Counted from the first letter of the stretch, positions 49,431 through 62,214 are shown. The stretch: DNA of 64,000 nt from Octopus sinensis (GCF_006345805.1 NC_043003.1:101432001-101496000); one strand, 5' to 3'. The notes: generated by a model not told the origin, from the letters alone. Translations and numbers: made by a program.

Positions 49431-49556
49431 CATTGATGAACTTAGTAATGGGGAACAGCAACTAGAAAATAACCACGAAGAAATGGAAGTTGATAAACCA
49501 GAAGATTCTGCAACCTTTGAAAGATGTCCTTTGAATCAGCAGACAGCAGCATATTT
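49431..49556 (+). CDS. NOL11: NOL11 homologue, exon I (126 nt, phase 2/2)
   Basis: TTCATAG acceptor, U12-type donor GTATCCTTT. Encodes acidic (S)IDELSNGEQQLENNHEEMEVDKPEDSATFERCPLNQQTAAY. Confidence 0.85.
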
Positions 49557-50209
49557 GTATCCTTTTTACAGAATGTCACTTAACTACACATTTTACATAC
49601 ATGTTTCAATGACAGGGACTTTGTATTGGCTTTATTTTTTTTATAGTAATTATGAGAGACCTTTCTTAATGCTAATAACTCAGCTGCAAGGCAAAAATAC
49701 AATTTGTCTATTATCTAAGACTGAAGCAAGCTGTGTTACTTGACCAAAGGCACAATACTGTGACTTTGGTAGTATTTGAATTAACAATGTAGTGATTAGT
49801 AAATTATTCAGTTACTTAATCTTATGAGTACAGCTGGTCCTTTATTCTGGATTCTATAGTATTATACTAACGTGAAATGAACAGCCACTGGATATAACAT
49901 CAGTTCATTACAGATTATATTCTTCAGGTGATAGTGTATCAATGCCTTTATAACTAAGTAGGCTGAGATATATATAATAAGCAATCTTGCATTTAAATTG
50001 CAGTAAAATGCCTGAAGTGGATATGAATTCACAACACAAAAGATGTCAGATTTTGAAGCAGATAAAGTATGAAACATATGCATGAAAGTAAAAATGTGGG
50101 GAGGGTGAGGTGTGTAAATCAAATATGTTTTAACTGGGTTCCTTTCTTGCTTTTTTTCTCCTTTTAATGTGTCTATAAAAATTAAAGTATCACCTTAACA
50201 AGGGCTCAG
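49557..50209 (+). other. U12-type (minor spliceosome) GT-AG intron, 653 nt
   Basis: 5' site GTATCCTTT (49557-49565) matches the U12 consensus RTATCCTT. Branch site CCTTAAC at 50193-50199, 10 nt before the intron end. No polypyrimidine tract. Splicing restores the frame (TT+A = Leu). Confidence 0.9.
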
Positions 50210-50288
50210 ATGTCAACTTTTATCCTATCCATTTAGTGATGTATATTTAAGTCATGCTATGAAAACACTTCCTTTTAAATATGCTGTG
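50210..50288 (+). CDS. NOL11: NOL11 homologue, exon J (79 nt, phase 2/0)
   Basis: Encodes (L)CQLLSYPFSDVYLSHAMKTLPFKYAV, similar to NOL11 [22 protein letters not shown]. Donor GTAAGT. Confidence 0.85.
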
Positions 50289-50614
50289 GTAAGTTTTTGT
50301 CCCATCAATATCTTTGTTATCCACCACAGTATCCTATGTTACCTTTAATCAGTATCTCTATCACAAAGCACCAGTACACCTTTAACCTATCATCAACATT
50401 TCCATTACACACTTTCAGAATATCTGTGATCCACCCTATTATCTACCACTTTATAGTTTATAATATTATTAAAACAAAGAAGATACAGTGTATGTGTGTT
50501 TTCATGGCTATCATGATTTTCTTGTGATACATTTTACTTATTAAAGTTTCAAGATGAAATGTAAGGAATGTGTGATGTGGTGATCTTAAGCTTTGTACAT
50601 ATCTTAAATAGGTG

Positions 50615-50785
50615 TGGCTGTGTGGTAAGAAGCTTGCTTCCCAACCACATGGTTTCAGATTCAGTCCCACTGTATGTCACTGTGGGCAGGTGCCTTCTAC
50701 TATATCCTCGGGCTAACCAAATCATTGTAAGTAGATTTGGGAGACAAAAACTGAAAGAAGCCTATCGTGTGCATGTATGTATGAT

Positions 50786-50790
<5 letters not shown>
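50615..50790 (+). mobile_element. SINE 5' half (family of 10365-10770); its 3' half resumes at ~51710-51870 after the mariner
   Basis: GTGTGGCTGTGTGGTAAGAAGCTTGCTTCCCAACCACATGG...AAACTGAAAGAAGCC. The 3' half CCAGCATGGCC-like tail follows 51690. Confidence 0.7.
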
Positions 50791-50824
<34 letters not shown>

Positions 50825-50825
<1 letters not shown>

Positions 50826-51690
50826 GGGTGGTATCAAAAAGTTCCTGGCCTAGTTCTGTAGAGTGCCAACAGATAGCATCACACAGTTCCATATACAGTG
50901 TGCCAAGTGACATCGCCGTGCTTACTTCGCAAGTTGTGAAATTTGTGTTTTTGTGATCACTTGTATGCTATAGTCTGCAGTTTTTGTCATGGACAGGAAC
51001 AAAGAGCCAACGTGAAATTTTGTGTTAAACTTGGAAAGTCTGCTACAGAAACATTGAGCATGCTTCGGCAAGCTTACAGGGACGAGGCAATGGGTCATAT
51101 GCAATGTTTCAAGTGGCACAGGTGCTGCAAAAGCAGAAGAACATCCCTGGAAGATGAGCAATCTGGAAGACCTGCCACAAGCGTAGCCCCCGGAAATGTG
51201 GTATTGTGCATCAAGAATTCATCCCTCAGGGCCAGACCATCAATTGAGGGTTCTACTGCGATGTTTTAAAGTGTTTAAGGGAAGTCATTTGGTGAATGCA
51301 ACCAGATCTGTGAGGCGCAAAGAATTGGATTCTTCATAATAACAACAGACCCTGTCACCAAGCTCTCTTGCCAAAAATAATTTGGTATTGCTTCCGCACC
51401 TGCCTTATTTGCCAGATTTAGTACCTGCTGGCTTCTATCTCTTCCCCAAGATAAAAATGTAGCTCAAAGATCACCTTTTTAACACTGTTGTTGAGATCAA
51501 GAGCAAATTGCAGAAGGTTCTTAACTCATGGAAAATGACTTCCCAGTCAGATTCCAAAAGTGGCAGGAATGCTGGGACCAGTTCATAACTGCAAGGGGAC
51601 TATTTTGGAGGAGGTGATGTTAAAACTTAGGTAAGGAAGTTATTTTTTTATTAAATATAACTAATCCGGGAAACTTTCAATACCATCTCG
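50825..51690 (+). mobile_element. Internally deleted mariner with TIRs and TA TSD
   Basis: TA|CGGGTGGTATCAAAAAGTTCC ... GGAAACTTTCAATACCATCTCG|TA. EQRANVKFCVKLGKSATETLSMLRQAY, VHQEFIPQGQTIN and PYLPDLVP motifs. Confidence 0.85.
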
Positions 51691-52769
51691 TATATATATG
51701 TGTGTATATGCTGGTGTTTGGGTACCCCTGTAACTTAGTGGTTCAGCAAAAGAGACTGATAGAATAAGTATCAAGCTTTTAAAAAATAAGTACTGGGGTT
51801 AATTCATCTGACTAAAATTCTTCAAGGCTGTGCTCCTAGCATGGCCATGTCTAATGGCTGAAACAAATAAAGGATATAAGAAATCAAGTAAATTTTGGGG
51901 TTTCTTAGCTTCATCTATTTGGCATAGGGGTAGGTTATGTTTTACAGTTTTCATTGGTCCAATCACTGGAAACAGAGGAGTAGACTCATTAGAAATAAGT
52001 GTAATGCACAAAATATTCTATTAATTGCTATCATCATAGTTTTAAATATCCACTTTTCCATAGTTCAGATGGAATCTGTTGATTTTCTGTGGTTGGGCAT
52101 TCTTCCTGTCACCAACCATCACCTGTTTTCAAGCAAAGTACTATTTCCCTATAGCCAGGCATCTTTTCACAGATAATCATCATTATCATCACCATTTAAC
52201 ATACGTTTTCCATACTGATATGAGCCAGTCAGCCTGAGGAATGTGCCATGCTCCAATGTTTACTTTGGCATAATTTCTACAGCTGGATGACCTTCCTGAC
52301 ACCAACCAATTCATAGAGTGCAAGACAGGCACTAGTGAGGTCAAAAAGTAACTTGCAAGACAAGATTCCTTGATTGGGTGGAGTGTAATATTAAGGGAGG
52401 TGGCTTTATGCCAGGTATTCAAAGGTTAAAATATAATAGAGGGACAGAAACAAGTGTCTTCTTGTAGAGGAGATATATCGCTACCCCAGTTGGCAAAGGA
52501 GAGAAGATGGTGAAGAGGTGTTATAGTGAACCCTTAAGTTACAGTTAAGTGACCTGTGGGGACACTGTATTTCATTATGCGACCATAATATACTACAAAA
52601 TATAAATGCTTTTATAAGTCAGCACTGTGATGGCAGTGCTATTACATCACGTGTTAATGTTATATTTACAAATTTTCTCATTATTGTGTACGTTTGGCAT
52701 ACTTGGATATGAAATGTCATAACAAAATCAGTGCTGGCTATAATTTATATTGAGTTTGTGGTTGGTTAA

Positions 52770-55349
52770 CCCTTTCATTACTATATTTCTGACCAAAAAA
52801 CACCCCTCATGAGTTTCAATTAAATTCTAAAATAATCATGAATTTAGACTAGTTTCATTAAACAACTCTAACTTTTTTACTTATCAACATATTTATGTGA
52901 TATTTGGAACAGAAGGGTTCTTAATCAATTCCATTGCATAATTTTTGTCTCAAAGTGACTCTAATTACAGGTAAATCCAGGTAAACTGAGCAAAAGGTAA
53001 AAATATCAAAATTTTGTTTAAACATTACCATAGAAAATAAGTCCTCAGCTAATATTTAATTGAGGTATGCAACAAAATTTTGATATAGAAGAATTGTGCA
53101 CATCACTAGATTATCAGTTGAATTTAATGCACAGAAGAACAGGTGTACCATAAAGTTAAAATAAACTAAAATACTGGAATTTGTTTTTTAAGAAAACTAG
53201 AAAATTAAATACAACTGAATGAAATTCATGTATGTGTGTGAACACATACATGAATACACAGGAACATATATAATAAAGATTTACAATAGAAATTAAATCA
53301 AAACTTGTCACTCACCTTACAGGCAAATTAAAATAAAAAGTTAAAACTAAGTAAATTTGAAAAATATTTATACAATCTAATTATACATATATACAAACAA
53401 TATTTACATTATATTTCTATCATGGAAAGTTGTAAAACATCCCACTCTACATACTGCAACCTTGCAGAATGCACATTGGAAGGACGTTTCAACTGGCCGT
53501 CCACTGGGAGTTTTTCTTTGTTGATGTAGACATTCATGGCACTGCCTTTTGCGACCCGATTTTTTCTAATTTATGTAGATCGGCTGAACTCAGAGGAATA
53601 TCTCTCTGGCAGGTTTTGCTTTTCCTTCCTGCAGTTATTTTTTTTTTTTTTTTGAGGAATATCCTGCCCTCAACTGCATTGCTACATCTGCCCGGAACTG
53701 CAGATGGTCGCACCACTTGCGAACCCCTCCTGATTTGGTATATAATATAAATGCATTTACAATGCTCATGTTTACTATATACCAAACCAGGTATCGCCAC
53801 CATTTATTACCCGGTCTACCAACCGGATAATAACTCCTCATCTGGTTCAGCCGATCCACACCGCCCATGTACCTGTTATAATCAAGGTTCACAAACAGAG
53901 TGCCATTTTCATCTACACATGGTTGTGCACTGGTAGATAGAAAATTTATCTGCCTCTTATCTCTGTATGCGGTCGCTAGCAGATTTCCTTTCTGCCGTTG
54001 GATTATTTCACCTCTTTTTTTTTAATTTTGCTTTTTTTATATCCAACGGCAGCCCCTTTCTATTAGCAATTACTGTAGAACACGTATATGTTGCCACAGC
54101 TTCTAAATCCTCCGCAAGTTTGACCGAACTAAAAAATTGGTCAAAACATAATATTCGGCCCTGGTTATGGTATGGAAGAGATAAATTCCAGACCACATCG
54201 TACCCTAGGCCGTGCTGACTAACATTATTGTCTCTTTTCCCTGTATAGAAGCTAAATCCACAGCAGTACCCAGTATTTGCTTCACATATTTTCCAAACTT
54301 TGATCCCCCATTTTGTGGGCTTTCCTGGCATATACTGTTGAAAACGTACTCGGCCTTTATAGCCCACCATACCCTTATCGACGAATAAATACCTTCCAGG
54401 GTTGTAAAATATTTTGTAGGCATTTTGAACACCATCAATGAGGGGTCTTATTTTAAATAAGGGATCAAAGTTTGGTTCTCCACATACGGGGGTACTGCTA
54501 GTGTCTCTTATGTGTAAATATTGATTTAGTTTTATAAATCTTATTCTGGTCATTATATTGGAAACATATTCATCGCCAAAAGGTTCCTGTTTGCTCCAGT
54601 AATTTGTAATTCTGGGCAACTGCCTTATGCCCATAATAATATTTATAGCAAAAAATGCCCGCATTTCGTCTATGGTTGTTGGGTACCACAAGCTATCTTT
54701 TTTTTCGAGCTTGTTTACTTTCTGCATAATGATTCGTCTCCACAGTTATTGCTTCAAACAAGCATGCTGGAAATAATTTTAAAAAAAAAGTCTATTGGTC
54801 TCGCTTCCTGAGAAAGACTATGGGTAGACCCTGTCTCCTCAGAAAAATCGTTAATAGACACTTTTTTTAAATTATTACTCCATTCTGGTGTAAAATTATC
54901 CTTGTTGTCTGTATCGCTGCTTTCAGTTTCTGATGAATCACTTTCAGTTTCAGAATCGCTTTCGGATTCTGAAATATCTGATTCAAATTCATCCACGACG
55001 TGCTTTTCTGCTTCATCCATTCTTCTCCTCGAAATCTCCATATCTTCTATTGAAAAACCTTCAAATTCGGAGTCACTGCTTGATAGTATAAAACTCCTCT
55101 CCATTTTGAAAGTTGAAAAAAATTACCGTTGATAAAAATGTGGAAAAAAATCTTCCAAAATAGCATGCCAAACAATGTCGGATACAATAACTCAACTGTT
55201 AGCAAAGTGAAATCACATGTTTTAACGAGCGTACCAACGAGATTTGGGTTCAAATTTACATTTAAATAACAATAGCTTCTCTCGGCCGGGTTAGTAACAT
55301 GAACCAAAAAATTTTTCGGCTAGGTACAGCCGGGTTAGTAACGAAAGGG
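52770..55349 (-). mobile_element. Full-length piggyBac transposon (2580 bp)
   Basis: TTAA TSDs at 52766-69 and 55350-53. 13-bp TIRs CCCTTTCATTACT / revcomp CCCTTTCGTTACT. Subterminal direct repeat GCCGGGTTAGTAAC at ~55284 and ~55329. Confidence 0.95.
53404..55104 (-). pseudogene. piggyBac (PGBD4-like) transposase, ~565 aa, with 5 apparent frameshifts
   Basis: Acidic N-terminus, catalytic motifs FVDKGMV / CFDQFFSS / GGVDRLNQ, and C-terminal Cys-rich RKRQCHECL..QCAFCKVAVCRVGCFTTFH then TAA. Confidence 0.9.
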
Positions 55350-55519
55350 TTAATGGGTTGGATGGGTGCTGGTGAAGGAGCAAAAACTCCTGAAATATGG
55401 TATATACACTCATTACTCATTTTTCATCTTTGATCTCATTATTGTTTGCATTTGGTGTACTTGGATACCAAACATCATAACAAAATCTGTGCTGACTTCA
55501 ATTTCTATAGAAAATCTGT

Positions 55520-55960
55520 AGAGATAACCTTAGCAATAAGGTGAATATAAGAGAAGTGGTCCAGAGGATTGGACAGGATGAATGGGTTGGTAAGTTTGCA
55601 AGAGTGAGAGAAGAGTGGTGGATGAATAGAGCTGGGGATAGAGGTGAATGCAGTGAAGGGGAACATGAGTGGAGGTGTGATAAATGGTGAATATCAGTCT
55701 GGAGAAAGACAAAGGAAATAGGATTGAGACAGTGAAGTGGCAGCACAGGTGATGTGGAGTTTGAGCAGTGTGTGAAAGATGCTCAATGACAGGGATGAGG
55801 TCAGAAGTACATAGATGTAGAAATACTGGGAGACAAACATGTGTAGTGGGGAGCTGTCATTGGCAGAATGAAAGAGTATGAAGGGGCCATCCAGCAGAAA
55901 ATGAGATGGTAAGAGATGATACTGAGAAGGTGAGAACCAAAATAAGTGACTCATGGGAGC
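55520..55960 (-). mobile_element. Possible old CR1/L2 3'-end remnant
   Basis: Minus strand has a pyrimidine-rich stretch with AATSLSQSYF, loosely like the CR1/L2 C-terminal VASLSLFY motif. Weak. Confidence 0.35.
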
Positions 55961-56394
55961 ACAAAGTGGTGGTGGATAGATTGGGTGCTTTTAGGGCCTC
56001 ATTTGTGCCAAGATGGATGGGTCTTCTCGAGCACAGTAAATCACTTATCACGATCTTTTGTCATCTCCATGAGACTCAACATCCACAGCTCGTTCTTTAT
56101 TACTTCATCCCGCATATATGTATGTGTGCGTCCCTCTTTGGCATGATGGATCTCAAAGTAGACAAAGCTATAAATAACATAGATATACACAGAAGACTTG
56201 ATCAGCCTAGGAGTATAGTCAAACACACTTACCCATGATGCCATGCATTGGGACTTTACTAAAGACCATGTAGTTGGAAAGCAAACTTGGTAACCACACA
56301 GTCATACTTGCACCTAAGACATTTAAATCATTGTAATAATTTCTGAAATTAATTTCAGATACTAATCTCAACTTAATTAATCTCTTTTATTCAG

Positions 56395-56478
56395 ATATTG
56401 CTGAAGTTTCTAAATTACCAGCTACTAGAAGCGTCCATATTACCCAAATCTGATGTGTCTACTCCGGCTGTAACAAAA
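56395..56478 (+). CDS. NOL11: NOL11 homologue, exon K (84 nt, phase 0/0)
   Basis: TCTCTTTTATTCAG acceptor, GTAAGT donor. Encodes ILLKFLNYQLLEASILPKSDVSTPAVTK, similar to NOL11 LFLKYLYFLY...PPTLNQ. Confidence 0.85.
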
Positions 56479-56970
56479 GTAAGTTATTTCATCTTCTGAC
56501 AGGGAATGCTTATTTATTTATCAACTTTTATTATTCAATTGTTTTTTGTTTTTCTTTAACATCCATTTTTCATGATGTTGGTTAGCATAGGTGGAAAGGT
56601 TCAGTTAGACATCTGTTTTATAACTGCTGGACTAATAAACAATGAAATTTTGAATGTTACTTTTTATTTTTCAGTCAAGTGTACAGGATTTGGCAAACTG
56701 AGTAATATTTCTGGCCTCAAGACACGCGCGCAGACACACACAGACACACACACACACAGAGTCTGCAGCAGAGTTTCAACTTGTCACATTGTTGGTTCTA
56801 GTCTATTAAACATGCCCCCCACACACATTTGATGTACAATACATATGTATATATATGTATATATATATATATATGTACATATGTATGTGTATATATATAT
56901 ATAAATTCAGGGTGAATACTTGATAACTGTAAGCACCTGTATATGCCAGTTGGTAGTGTAGGTGATAGGG

Positions 56971-57316
56971 TATATTTATCATAAGAAAAACAGGATGCAA
57001 AGGATTTAGCGGTACATATGTTTCTGGCTTTATTCGACAGTTTATATCGAGTGATAAACGGTATGGACGCTTTGTTTTTGTTTTGGTGTCTCGCTCTGCT
57101 GTATACGACTATGAAGATTCGCATCCCCAACGAAACTTGTATTTTTCTCAAACTTATAATGTAATACATGTCTTTGGTGTGGTAATTGTGCACAGCTGAG
57201 GAAGGCTATTGACATACGTATTACATCAATTATGCATCGATATAAACTGTCCAATAAAACCAGAAACATATGTTCCGCTAAATCCTTTGCATCCTGTTTT
57301 TCTTTTGATAAATATA
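56971..57316. mobile_element. 346-bp MITE with ~80-bp TIRs in a TA context
   Basis: TATATTTATCATAAGAAAAACAGGATGCAAAGGATTTAGCGG... mirrors ...CCGCTAAATCCTTTGCATCCTGTTTTTCTTTTGATAAATATA. Confidence 0.8.
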
Positions 57317-57952
57317 TAAATATATATATACATATATATATATATATGTACGTATGTATATATGTATGTGTATGTATATATATATATATATGTACGTATG
57401 TATATATGTATGTGTATGTATATATATAATATATATATATATATATATGTATATGTATATGTATGTATATATGTATGTGTATGTATATATGTATGTATAA
57501 TGTATGTGTATGTATATAATATGTATGTATATGTATGTGTATATATATATTATGTATATATGTATGTGTGTATTATATATATATGTATATGTATGTGTAT
57601 GTATATATATATATGTATGTATGTATGTGTATGTATATATATATATGTATATATGTATGTGTATGTATATATAATGTATATATGTATGTGTATGTATATA
57701 TATATATATGTATAGTGTATGTGTATGTATATATATATATATGTATATATGTATGTGTATGTATATATATGTATATATGTATGTGTATGTATATATATAT
57801 GTAGTATGTGTATGTATATATATGTATGTGTATGTATATATAATATATATGTATATATGTATGTGTATGTATATATATGTGTATGTATAATATATATATA
57901 TATATGTATATATGTATGTGTATGTATATATATGTATATATGTATGTGTATG

Positions 57953-57985
<33 letters not shown>

Positions 57986-58081
57986 GTATATATGTATGTG
58001 TAGGTATATATATATATTATGTATATATATATATGTATATATGTATGTGTATGTATATATATGTATATATGTATGTGTATG

Positions 58082-58112
<31 letters not shown>

Positions 58113-58323
58113 GTATGTATATATATATGTATGTATGTGTATGTATATATATATATATGTATGTATGTGTATGTATATATGTATGTGTATGTATATATGT
58201 ATATATGTATGTGTATGTATATATGTATATGTGTATGTATATATATATATATGTATATATGTATGTGTATGTGTATGTATATATGTATATATGTATGTGT
58301 ATGTATATATATGTATGTGTATG

Positions 58324-58354
<31 letters not shown>

Positions 58355-58393
58355 GTATGTATATATATATATATGTATATATGTATGTGTATG

Positions 58394-58424
<31 letters not shown>

Positions 58425-58427
58425 GTA

Positions 58428-58462
<35 letters not shown>

Positions 58463-58465
58463 GTA

Positions 58466-58500
<35 letters not shown>

Positions 58501-58505
58501 GTATG

Positions 58506-58536
<31 letters not shown>

Positions 58537-58542
58537 GTATGT

Positions 58543-59799
58543 CATCATCATCATCATCGTTTAACGTCCGTTTTCCGCGCTAGCACGGGTTGGACGGTTT
58601 CGACCGGGGTCTGGGGTGCTCAGGACTGCTCCAGTCTAGTCTGGCAGTGTTTCTACAGCTGGATGCCCTTCCTAATGCCAACCACTCCGCGAGTGTAGTG
58701 GGTGTTTTTTACGTGCCACCTGCACAGGTGCCAGAGGGGTCTGGCATCGGCCACGTTCGGATGGTGCTTTTTATGTGGGTGGGGGGGGGTACGAAAATAA
58801 TAGGGGAGCACCAGTGGGGAGGGGTGGTTCAGAGAAATGATGACAGGTTCTAGGCAAGTAGAAGTAGGGATATCAAGAGAGGGGTAATGCATGGTGAAAT
58901 AGCGTGTTGAAGAGGGGGGGTTTCGAAGAGTAGACACCTATAATGATGGTGGAGAAAGCGACATCCGGTATAGATGGAACAAAAATATAGAGATATCCGG
59001 TATTGGTGGTGGGGCTGGGCAAGGGCGGTTGCACCGGGAATATCGAAGGTTGAACTTTAGAGAAACGGGCGGGAATGGCGATGTTTTTAGGGTGGCATGT
59101 AGAAAGAAAAGGAAAGCAAAGCAGATTGGTGGTTATAAGTTCAAAACATTTAAACGGTAGACAAATGTATGTATGTATGAAATAGAAGGGAGAAATCTTA
59201 GCCTGCTCATGGACATCGCTGCAAGTCAGGGGAAGAAATGATAGTGAATGGTGGAGATCGAATTAAAGGGAATATGCGAAGGTTGAACTTTAGAGAAACG
59301 GGCGGGAATGGCGATGTTTTTAGGGTGGCATGTAGAAAGAAAAGGAAAGCAAAGCAGATTGGTGGTTATAAGTTCAAAACATTTAAACGGTAGACAAGTA
59401 TGTATGTATGAAATAGAAGGGAGAAATCTTAGCCTGCTCATGGACATCGCTGCAAGTCAGGGGAAGAAATGATAGTGAATGGTGGAGATCGAATTAAAGG
59501 GAATATGCGAAGGTTGAACTTTAGAGAAACGGGCGGGAATGGCGATGTTTTTAGGGTGGCATGTAGAAAGAAAAGGAAAGCAAAGCAGATTGGTGGTTAT
59601 AAGTTCAAAACATTTAAACGGTAGACAAATGTATGTATGTATGAAATAGAAGGGAGAAATCTTAGCCTGCTCATGGACATCGCTGCAAGTCAGGGGAAGA
59701 AATGATAGTGAATGGTGGAGATCGAATTAAAGGGAAATGCGAAGGTTGAACTTTAGAGAAACGGGCGGGAATGGCGATGTTTTTAGGGTGGCATGTAGG
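58543..59799. repeat. 1.25-kb cassette copy 1: RTE-tail-like repeat, G-rich spacer, ~232-bp tandem repeat x3.2
   Basis: GAAGGTTGAAC starts at 59045, 59278, 59509 and 59741. Confidence 0.9.
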
Positions 59800-59939
59800 T
59801 GTATGTTATATATATATGTATATATGTATGTGTATGTAATATATTTATATATATGTATATATGATGTGTTATGTATATATATATTATATGTATTATGTAT
59901 GTGTATATGTATATATATGTATATATGTATGTGTATGTG

Positions 59940-59970
<31 letters not shown>

Positions 59971-60187
59971 GTATGTATATATATATGTATGTATGTGTGA
60001 TGTATATATATATTATATGTATGTTATGTGTATGTATATATGTATGTGTATGTATATATGTATATATGTTATGTGTATGTATATATGTATAGTGTATGTA
60101 TGTATATATATATATTGTATATATGTATGTGTATGTGTATGTATATATGTATATATGTATGTGTATGTATATATATGTATGTGTATG

Positions 60188-60218
<31 letters not shown>

Positions 60219-60222
60219 GTAT

Positions 60223-60254
<32 letters not shown>

Positions 60255-60291
60255 ATGTATATATATATATATATTATATATGTATGTGTAT

Positions 60292-60323
<32 letters not shown>

Positions 60324-60324
60324 A

Positions 60325-60359
<35 letters not shown>

Positions 60360-60401
60360 GTATGTATAATATATATATAATGTATATATGTATGTGTATG
60401 T

Positions 60402-61643
60402 CATCATCATCATCATCGTTTAACGTCCGTTTTCCGCGCTAGCACGGGTTGGACGGTTTCGACCGGGGCTGGGGGTGCTCGGGACTGCTCCAGTCTAGTC
60501 TGGCAGTGTTTCTACAGCTGGATGCCCTTCCTAATGCCAACCACTCCGCGAGTGTAGTGGGTTTTTTACGTGCCACCTGCACAGGTGCCAGAGGGGTCTG
60601 GCATCGGCCACGTTCGGATGGTGCTTTTTATGTGGGTGGGGGGGGTAAGAAATATATAGGGGAGCACCAGTGGGGAGGGGTGGTTCAGAGAAATGATGAC
60701 AGGTTAGCAAGTAGAACGTAGGATATCAAGAGAGGGGTAATGCATGGTGAATAGCGTGTTGAAGAGGGGGGTTCGAAGAGTAGACACCTATAATGATGGT
60801 GGGAGAAGCGACATCCGGTATAGATGGAACAAAAATATAGAGATATCCGGTATTGGTGGTGGGGCTGGGCAAGGGCGGGTGCACCGGGAATATGCGAAGG
60901 TTGAACTTTAGAGAAACGGGCGGGAATGGCGATGTTTTTAGGGTGGCATGTAGAAAGAAAAGGAAAGCAAAGCAGATTGGTGGTTATAGTTCAAAACATT
61001 TAACGGTAGACAAATGTATGTATGTATGAAATAGAAGGGAGAATCTTAGCCTGCTCATGGACATCGCTGCAAGTCGGGGAAAAATGATGGTGAATGGTGG
61101 AGATCGAATTAAAGGGAATATGCGAAGGTTGAACTTTAGAGAAACGGGCGGGAATGGCGATGTTTTTAGGGTGGCATGTAGAAAGAAAAGAAAGCAAAGC
61201 AGATTGGTGGTTATAAGTTCAAAACATTTAAACGGTAGACAAATGTATGTATGTATGAAATAGAAGGGAGAAATCTTAGCCTGCTCATGGACATCGCTGC
61301 AAGTCAGGGGAAGAAATGATAGTGAATGGTGGAGATCGAATTAAAGGAATATGCGAAGGTTGAACTTTAGAGAAACGGGCGGGAATGGCGATGTTTTTAG
61401 GGTGGCATGTAGAAAGAAAAGGAAAGCAAAGCAGATTGGTGGTTATAAGTTCAAAACGTTTAAACGGTAGACAAATGTATGTATGTATGAATAGAAGGGA
61501 GAAATCTTAGCCTGCTCATGGACATCGCTGCAAGTCAGGGGAAGAAATGATAGTGAATGGTGGAGATCGATTAAAGGAATATGCGAAGGTTGAACTTTAG
61601 AGAAACGGGCGGGAATGGCGATGTTTTTAGGGTGGCATGTAGG
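60402..61643. repeat. 1.25-kb cassette copy 2
   Basis: Same order and same end points as copy 1. GAAGGTTGAAC starts at 60896, 61124, 61355 and 61585. Confidence 0.9.
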
Positions 61644-61649
61644 TGTATG

Positions 61650-61680
<31 letters not shown>

Positions 61681-62181
61681 GTATGTATATATGTATATAT
61701 GTATGTGTATGTATATATATATATGTATGTGTATGTATATATATATGTATGTATATATGTATGTGTATGTATATATATATATATATGTATGTATGTGTAT
61801 GTATATATATATATATATGTATGTATGTGTATGTATATATATATATATGTATATATGTATGTGTATGTATATATATATATGTATATATGTATGTGTATGT
61901 ATATATATATATGTATATATGTATGTGTATGTATATATATATATGTATATATGTATGTGTATGTATATATATATATATGTATATATGTATGTGTATGTAT
62001 ATATGTATATATGTATGTGTATGTATATATATATATGTATGTGTATGTATATATGTATGTGTATGTATATATATATGTATGTGTATGTATATATATATAT
62101 GTATGTATATATGTATGTGTATGTATATATATATATATATGTATGTATATATGTATGTGTATGTATATATGTATGTGTATG

Positions 62182-62214
<33 letters not shown>

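Noticed and set aside
21339-55960. Antisense bias of intronic transposons
   Set aside because: About 7 coding remnants are on - and 3 on +. The sample is too small to claim selection.
56572-56832. Candidate next NOL11 exon after TTTTTCAG at ~56674
   Set aside because: Translations do not resemble the expected conserved NOL11 C-terminal segment (DWxxLLLDANF-like). The terminal exons probably lie beyond the window.
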